Part shown: positions 59,110-64,000 of the stretch, piece after piece
How positions within the stretch are numbered: the first letter of the stretch is position 1
Layout: each line of letters starts with the position of its first letter
DNA from: Macrostomum lignano
Lineage: Eukaryota
Length of the DNA stretch: 64,000 nucleotides
Assembly: GCA_002269645.1 (NCBI GenBank)
Contig: NIVC01003312.1
Coordinates: 1-64,000, forward strand
Direction: 5' to 3'
Made by a program: the position numbers and the translations under genes
Notes under the pieces: model-generated
Told to the model about the DNA's origin: nothing
Databases searched by the model: none
The model's input: only the letters and a program-made list of their open reading frames with translations

Positions 59110-60085
59110 TAATAATAATAATAATAATAATAATAGTTACGCCCCACGCCAGCCACAGAAGTGGCCAAAAGGGGGGAGCGTCAAATCGCGCGTTTCAGAG
59201 CCAGGTCTTTAATGTGCTTCACACCTCGGTTGAGCCTCGCCATCAGGTCCGCTAGCGCGGCGGTGTTAGCGTTCTGGCGTGGCGACACAAACGGGCAGCG
59301 CTCGGACCGCGGTGCCACGGCGTTGAGGTCACCAAGCACCACCACAGTGTCGCGGTGCGCCACCAACTCGAGCTGCTCGGACAGGAGCTCGAAGAACTCC
59401 TGTGCCTCCTGCTGATGGGCAGCCGTGGGAGCGTACGCATAGAACAGCCGCGCATTGCAGCGGCGCAGCCTCACGTCCACGCGCAGCAGTCTGGCTGACA
59501 AGCTGACGCAGCAGACGCTCTCGCCTAGCCGTGGTCCGACGAGCGCGCCGACTCCTCCGCGGCCTCTGCTGTCCGCTGACGTGTAGTGCAGCGTCCAGCC
59601 GGCCCCCAGGTCTTCACGGTGAAGTCCAGACTCAGCAGTGATTGACAACTCCTGCAGCATGACGAGGTCTAGCCGCAGGTCAGATGCCAGCAGTGCGAGC
59701 ATGCCCCTTCTCCAGGCGGACTTCAGTGTTCGGCAGTTAAAGGTGGCTAGTCTTAGAGCGCGGTTTGTAAAGGCTGGGGCCCGGTGTTGGTGGGCCTCAC
59801 GGTCCCCGGCGCCACCCGGCGGAGCCGACTGGACGGGGATCGGCGGGTCAGAGTTGACTGACGAAGGCGGCCTTTCGTTCGTCCTCGCCGGTTGCGTTCC
59901 CTTCGCCGCTCAATGCGACGTCGGGCGCTTCGCTGTCCACGCCGTCCTCCTGTCCTGCCGCACTTAGCAGCCGCAGCACCAGGGCGCGGCTCTCCATGTT
60001 GGCCGAGGCAAGCGCTGGGGGCTCCAGCGTCACCAGGAGGCAGCGGCATTTATTTGCATCAGGGTGCAGATTAATTTAATTTATT
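59110..60085 (-). mobile_element. Internally deleted RTE-like non-LTR retrotransposon (APE endonuclease N-terminal part plus 3' tail)
   Basis: Frame reads LRLATFNCRTLK..LDLVMLQEL..GRGGVGALV..YAYAPT..VVLGDLNA (APE-type EN motifs). 3' (ATT)n tail at 59108-59134; flanking direct repeat TGAGGTGTCAA at 59099-59109 and 60086-60096. Clade assignment is tentative. Confidence 0.85.
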
Positions 60086-60139
60086 TGAGGTGTCAAATAA
60101 AGATCTCAAAGATCTTATTTGAGGGTCAAAATAAAGTGT

Positions 60140-60390
60140 CAAATGAAAGTTAGAGGTGTCAAATGGAGGCAAGAGGTGTCGAATGGAGGTCAGAGGTGTC
60201 AATGGGGGTCAGAGGTGTCAAATGGAGGTCAGAGGTGTCGAATGGAGGTTAGAGGTATCAAATGGAGGTCAGAGGTGTCAAGTGGAGGTTAGAGGTGTCG
60301 AATGGAGGTCAGAGGTGTCGAATGGAGGTTAGAGATGTCAAATGGAGGTCAGAGGTGTCGAATGGAGGTCAAAGGTGTCAACTGGCGGTT
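60140..60390. repeat. 20-bp minisatellite (GAGGTGTCAAATGGAGGTCA), also present left of the LINE insertion
   Basis: Direct observation; related units at 59070-59109. Confidence 0.9.
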
Positions 60391-60736
60391 GGATGTGTCA
60401 AACGGATATTAGATGCACGAAGAGGTTCAAAAAAGACATTAAAACACCCGGTTGTTCGAAAAGCTTGCAAACATTAGCCACCAGAGAGAAAGGTCGCTAG
60501 AATTCGTCAACAACCAATCAGAATCCATTCGAATTCAGTTCCGAATTTCGCGTGTTTTTTAGCGGCGAAGCGAGTTTCAATGGGAAGGGAGGTCGCTGAC
60601 TTTGTTTTGTGTCGCCAGACTTCATTATATTGATTATTGCATACGGGTTTAAAATCACTGCAACAAAGGTAAATTTGTCTTTAAGTATGGCATAACTTAC
60701 AGTATCACAGTGGTGAAGAATGTCTCTCTCTCTATA

Positions 60737-61272
60737 GTAGCGCTCACACCTGTGTATATAGTGCTAACACCTGTTTATATAGTGCTAACACCTGTTTATA
60801 TAGTGCTAACACCTGTTTATATAGTTCTAACACCTGTTTATATAGTGCTAACACCTGTTTATATAGTGCTAACACCTGTTTATATAGTGCTTACACCTGT
60901 TTATATAGTGCTCACACCTGTTTATATAGTGCTCACACCTGTTTATATAGTGCTCACACCTGTTTGTATAGTGCTCACACCTGTTTATATAGTGCTCACA
61001 CCTGTTTATATAGTGCTCACACCTGTTTATATAGTGCTCTCACCTGTTTATATAGTGCTCACACCTGTTTGTATAGTGCTCACACCTGTTTATATAGTGC
61101 TCACACCTGTTTATATAGTGCTCACACCTGTTTATATAGTGCTCTCACCTGTTTATATAGTGCTCTCACCTGTTTATATAGTGCTCACACCTGTTTATAT
61201 AGTGCTCTCACCTGTTTATATAGTGCTCTCACCTGTTTATATAGTGCCCACACCTGTTTATATAGTGCTCAA
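60737..61272. repeat. 21-bp minisatellite (ATAGTGCTCACACCTGTTTAT)
   Basis: Direct observation. Confidence 0.96.
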
Positions 61273-61420
61273 GGCCACTAGTGAGTGCACATGCCTGACG
61301 AATAGAAAGTCAGGCCCGCTGTACACCCCGTGTGAACGGAATGGGCCAGAATCGCCGTCAGCGCTGGCTTGTAGGAAGATGTCGCCGAAGATGTTGCGCC
61401 CGGGTGCTCACAGTTCCTCT
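61268..61420 (+). mobile_element. Diverged 5'-truncated copy of SINE family 1
   Basis: Reverse complement contains GCCCATTCCG...CACACGGGGTGTACAGCGGGCCTGACTTTCTATTCGTCAGGCATGTGCACTCACT, matching CACACAGGAGTGTACAGCGGCCCTAACTTTATTTATCGTTAGGCATTTACACTTCACT at 12486-12543. Confidence 0.65.
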
Positions 61421-61563
61421 GCAATAGTATATCATACATGTTACCTGTTATAACTGGGGTCAGCGCCTGCCCCACAGTGATGTCACTTAAATCCTAGACT
61501 CAGTTGCGTTTATAAAATCAAGGCCCAGCTCAAAATTTACTCCTTCTATTTTAGACTTCAAAA

Positions 61564-64000
61564 ATGGTAAAAATGCCATTGATCTGCATCTTGGCAGCTA
61601 CGTTCGGCGTCGCCATTGCAATGAGTTCGGCTTCGGGAGCTTCAGCTGGCGCAGGCTCGGCACGAAGACCCCTGTGCGAAGCTCCCGCAATCGGGTACGC
61701 GAGCGTGACAATCAACTCCGTCTTTCTTCGGAAAGACGCTAGAGAAATAATGGTCCCTCGGGTTCACATTGAATTTATGGTTTCTGTGAAATTGGCCCTT
61801 ATTCACACTCTATATTCACACTCCATATTCACACCCCATATTCCCACTCCATATTCAAATCCCATATTCACACCCATTATTCACACATATTCAATGGTTC
61901 TAGGTCACGGCCAAACCTAAAAAGTCTAAGCTCTGTGGTCAGCAAAATTTCCGACAAAATTTCGGTCTTTAAGATGTTTCCAATAATTATCCCCAAACAA
62001 AACTAGAAGTTCGAGCTCGAGAGACAGCTTGCTTCCCTCCGTCCGAGTGAACACGACAGACCGACTGGCGTCTCTGCGACGCTGGATGGCGCATCGCGGA
62101 ATCCACTGGTACCTGGAGACCGGCCGGGACTCCAGCCTGCTGAGAAGGACCGAACCAGCTGATCAGTTTCTGCGCTGGCTAAGCGGCTTCTCCGGCTCCA
62201 GCGGTGCGTGGTCTGGACTCGAGTCTCGGGGCGCTCGGACTCCGGGTCTCGGGACGCTTGGACTCCGGGTTGGACTCGGGATTAGGGAGGCTTGGACTCG
62301 GGATTAGAAAGGCTTGGACTCGGGATTAGAAAGGCTTGGACGCGGGATTAAGGAGCCTTGGACTCGGGTCTCGGGATGCTTGGACCCAGGAATTGGGATG
62401 ATTAGAGATTTGGATAAAATCTGATAGCAGCAACGGACGAATTTTCTGCAGCTAAAAAAGCTGAGCTTGACGTTCACGCGCTGGTAGCGGTGTTTACCGG
62501 CTGTCTGCAACACAGGCGCCGCTCATCGTCAATCAATCAAGTCGGCTTGCTGAAACTCGCAAAGTGGCCCTCATTCACTGCCTAATTTGTCACTTCGGCA
62601 GTGCCTGTCACCCCTTCCCCTCCCAGTTGCGAGCCGGGGGTATTAGCCTTGACATTCGCCTAATCGCTTTAATTGCCCGAAGGGGAGCCGGTGCTGAAGC
62701 ACGAAAACAGATGGCCGGTGCAAGACCGCACTTGTGGCCTATCAACACTTTCTGGGTAATAAAAGTTTCACTTTGCACTGTTCGAAACCCGTGTAAGTTT
62801 GGCATTTCGTGAATGTCAATATCGTTGATTTGTCGATTTGAAGAAATTCTGAGCGCTACAGCGAATTTCAGCAGCAAATTTTACGATCTTGTCGTTTCGT
62901 CCGATGTTAGACCCGGAAAAGCTTAACTATAAAATTGTATTATTGTAGATCGGCAACTCTTAAAATGCAGATTAGCACAGATTCGCTTTTGCGTTGAATT
63001 GGGTTTTAGCGGAGACGAATCTAATTTATAATAACAATAATAATTGATTACACCAGTATGTGCAACCGACAGCTCAGCCGCAGCTATTGCGCGGCGCATC
63101 TGAAGGCTGCGTACGGCTGTTCAGTCCAAGGACTGGTCGCCACGCATACCCGCAATTACCCCAGCTAATGCTGGCACCCATTTTACAGCTGGGTGAACTG
63201 AAGCAATGCAGAGTTAAGACACTTAAGTGTCTTGCTCAAGGACACAAATTGTTCCGGGTGGGTCGAGAATCAGTCTTGAGTCCGACGCTCTAACCACTAG
63301 GCCACAACCCTATAGTGTTTAGAAAAATACACTGTCACAAAGTGAATAGGAACAACTGAAAATTAATAGAAGCTTTCACGTCCTTATTGCGCTGGCTCAC
63401 TTCAAAGTAATATTGTGGTAAGTTGCGCGTCTGGTTAATAGTAAAATTAAGGATGTGAGCACTAGCATTTTTGGTAAGCGCCTCGCGTCAGCCTTTGCCC
63501 TGTTTCTCCGGTTGCATTTTTCAAGACAACACACATGCAACCTGCTCTCTTTGTGATTCGGAATCTTATACGGTAAGTTATTCACGAACTATCCGATGCT
63601 TCCGCAGGTGAGGCTCTGATTTCGCACAGCTGGGCTCGCCTGTTCACTGACAGTCGGTACGCGGTGCAGGCGGACTCCGAGCTCGACTGCTCAAACTGGC
63701 AGCTGAGCACGGACCAAACAGTCCAGGACTGGATCTCAGAGTACTCTGGGCCGATCGTCACTCTGGCCTTCGACTCCAGCCGCATACCCTGGACCGACTG
63801 TCCCAACGCCGACTCCCAACGCCTGAAGCTGCTCGCCCTGCTGCCTGGCCAACCGGCCGACATTCTGTGGACGTCTGGCCGGCCGCAGCGTCAGCGGCGC
63901 ACCGTCTACCCGCTGGCCAGTCGGTACACCGGCGGCATCTCCTGGCGGGAGAAGGTGGCCTCCGCCCGGCTGGCCATGGCAGCGAGAGGAGCCGCCGCTC
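61564..64000 (+). CDS. Secreted/membrane Xaa-Pro aminopeptidase (aminopeptidase P, XPNPEP2-like), 5' part, runs off the window
   Basis: Exons 61564-61694, 62028-62203, 63608->64000, with compatible phases. Signal peptide, then RPLCEAPAIGLLPSVRVNTTDRLASLRRWM..RWLSGFSGSSGEALIS..ARLFTDSRYAVQADSELDCSNWQL..DILWTSGRP..YTGGISWREKV, matching the creatinase-N/APP N-terminal domains. Confidence 0.85.
61800..61895. repeat. Short degenerate CACACTCCATATT repeat in aminopeptidase intron 1
   Basis: Direct observation. Confidence 0.75.
62215..62400. repeat. ~22-bp minisatellite (GGACTCGGGATTAGAAAGGCTT) starting next to the exon 2 donor
   Basis: Direct observation. Confidence 0.88.
63153..63312 (-). mobile_element. 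tRNA-derived SINE family 2 (CORE-like), copy b
   Basis: Aligns with 39434-39600; reverse complement includes GTGTCCTTGAGCAAGACACTTAAG..TGCTTCAGTTCACCCAGCTGTAAAATGGG. Confidence 0.8.

Overview
Eukaryotic (metazoan) genomic DNA with GC-rich exons and many unrelated minisatellites. This architecture suggests a flatworm such as Macrostomum (inference, not verified). Genes reconstructed by hand from splice signals and reading phase: (1) a rotund/lin-29/ZNF384-family C2H2 zinc-finger 3' exon; (2) a small secreted knottin-like peptide gene with its own CCAAT/TATA promoter and 5'UTR intron; (3) a 6-exon ZDHHC9/14/18-family palmitoyltransferase (minus strand) head-to-head with (4) an 8-exon Rab6; (5) an orphan two-exon gene; (6) a sigma-like GST with a GC-AG intron; (7) the 5' part of a secreted aminopeptidase P-like gene. 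Both head-to-head genes carry a minor-spliceosome (U12) intron, one AT-AC and one GT-AG, and a 50-bp inverted repeat with GC boxes lies between them. Rab6 intron 1 holds an out-of-order perfect copy of exon 5 inside a fold-back insertion bounded by a 13-bp direct repeat. Mobile DNA: two adjacent Tc1/mariner deletion derivatives, MITEs, two tRNA-derived SINE families (one CORE-like) and an internally deleted RTE-like LINE. Most long ORFs in the supplied track are artefacts of tandem repeats.
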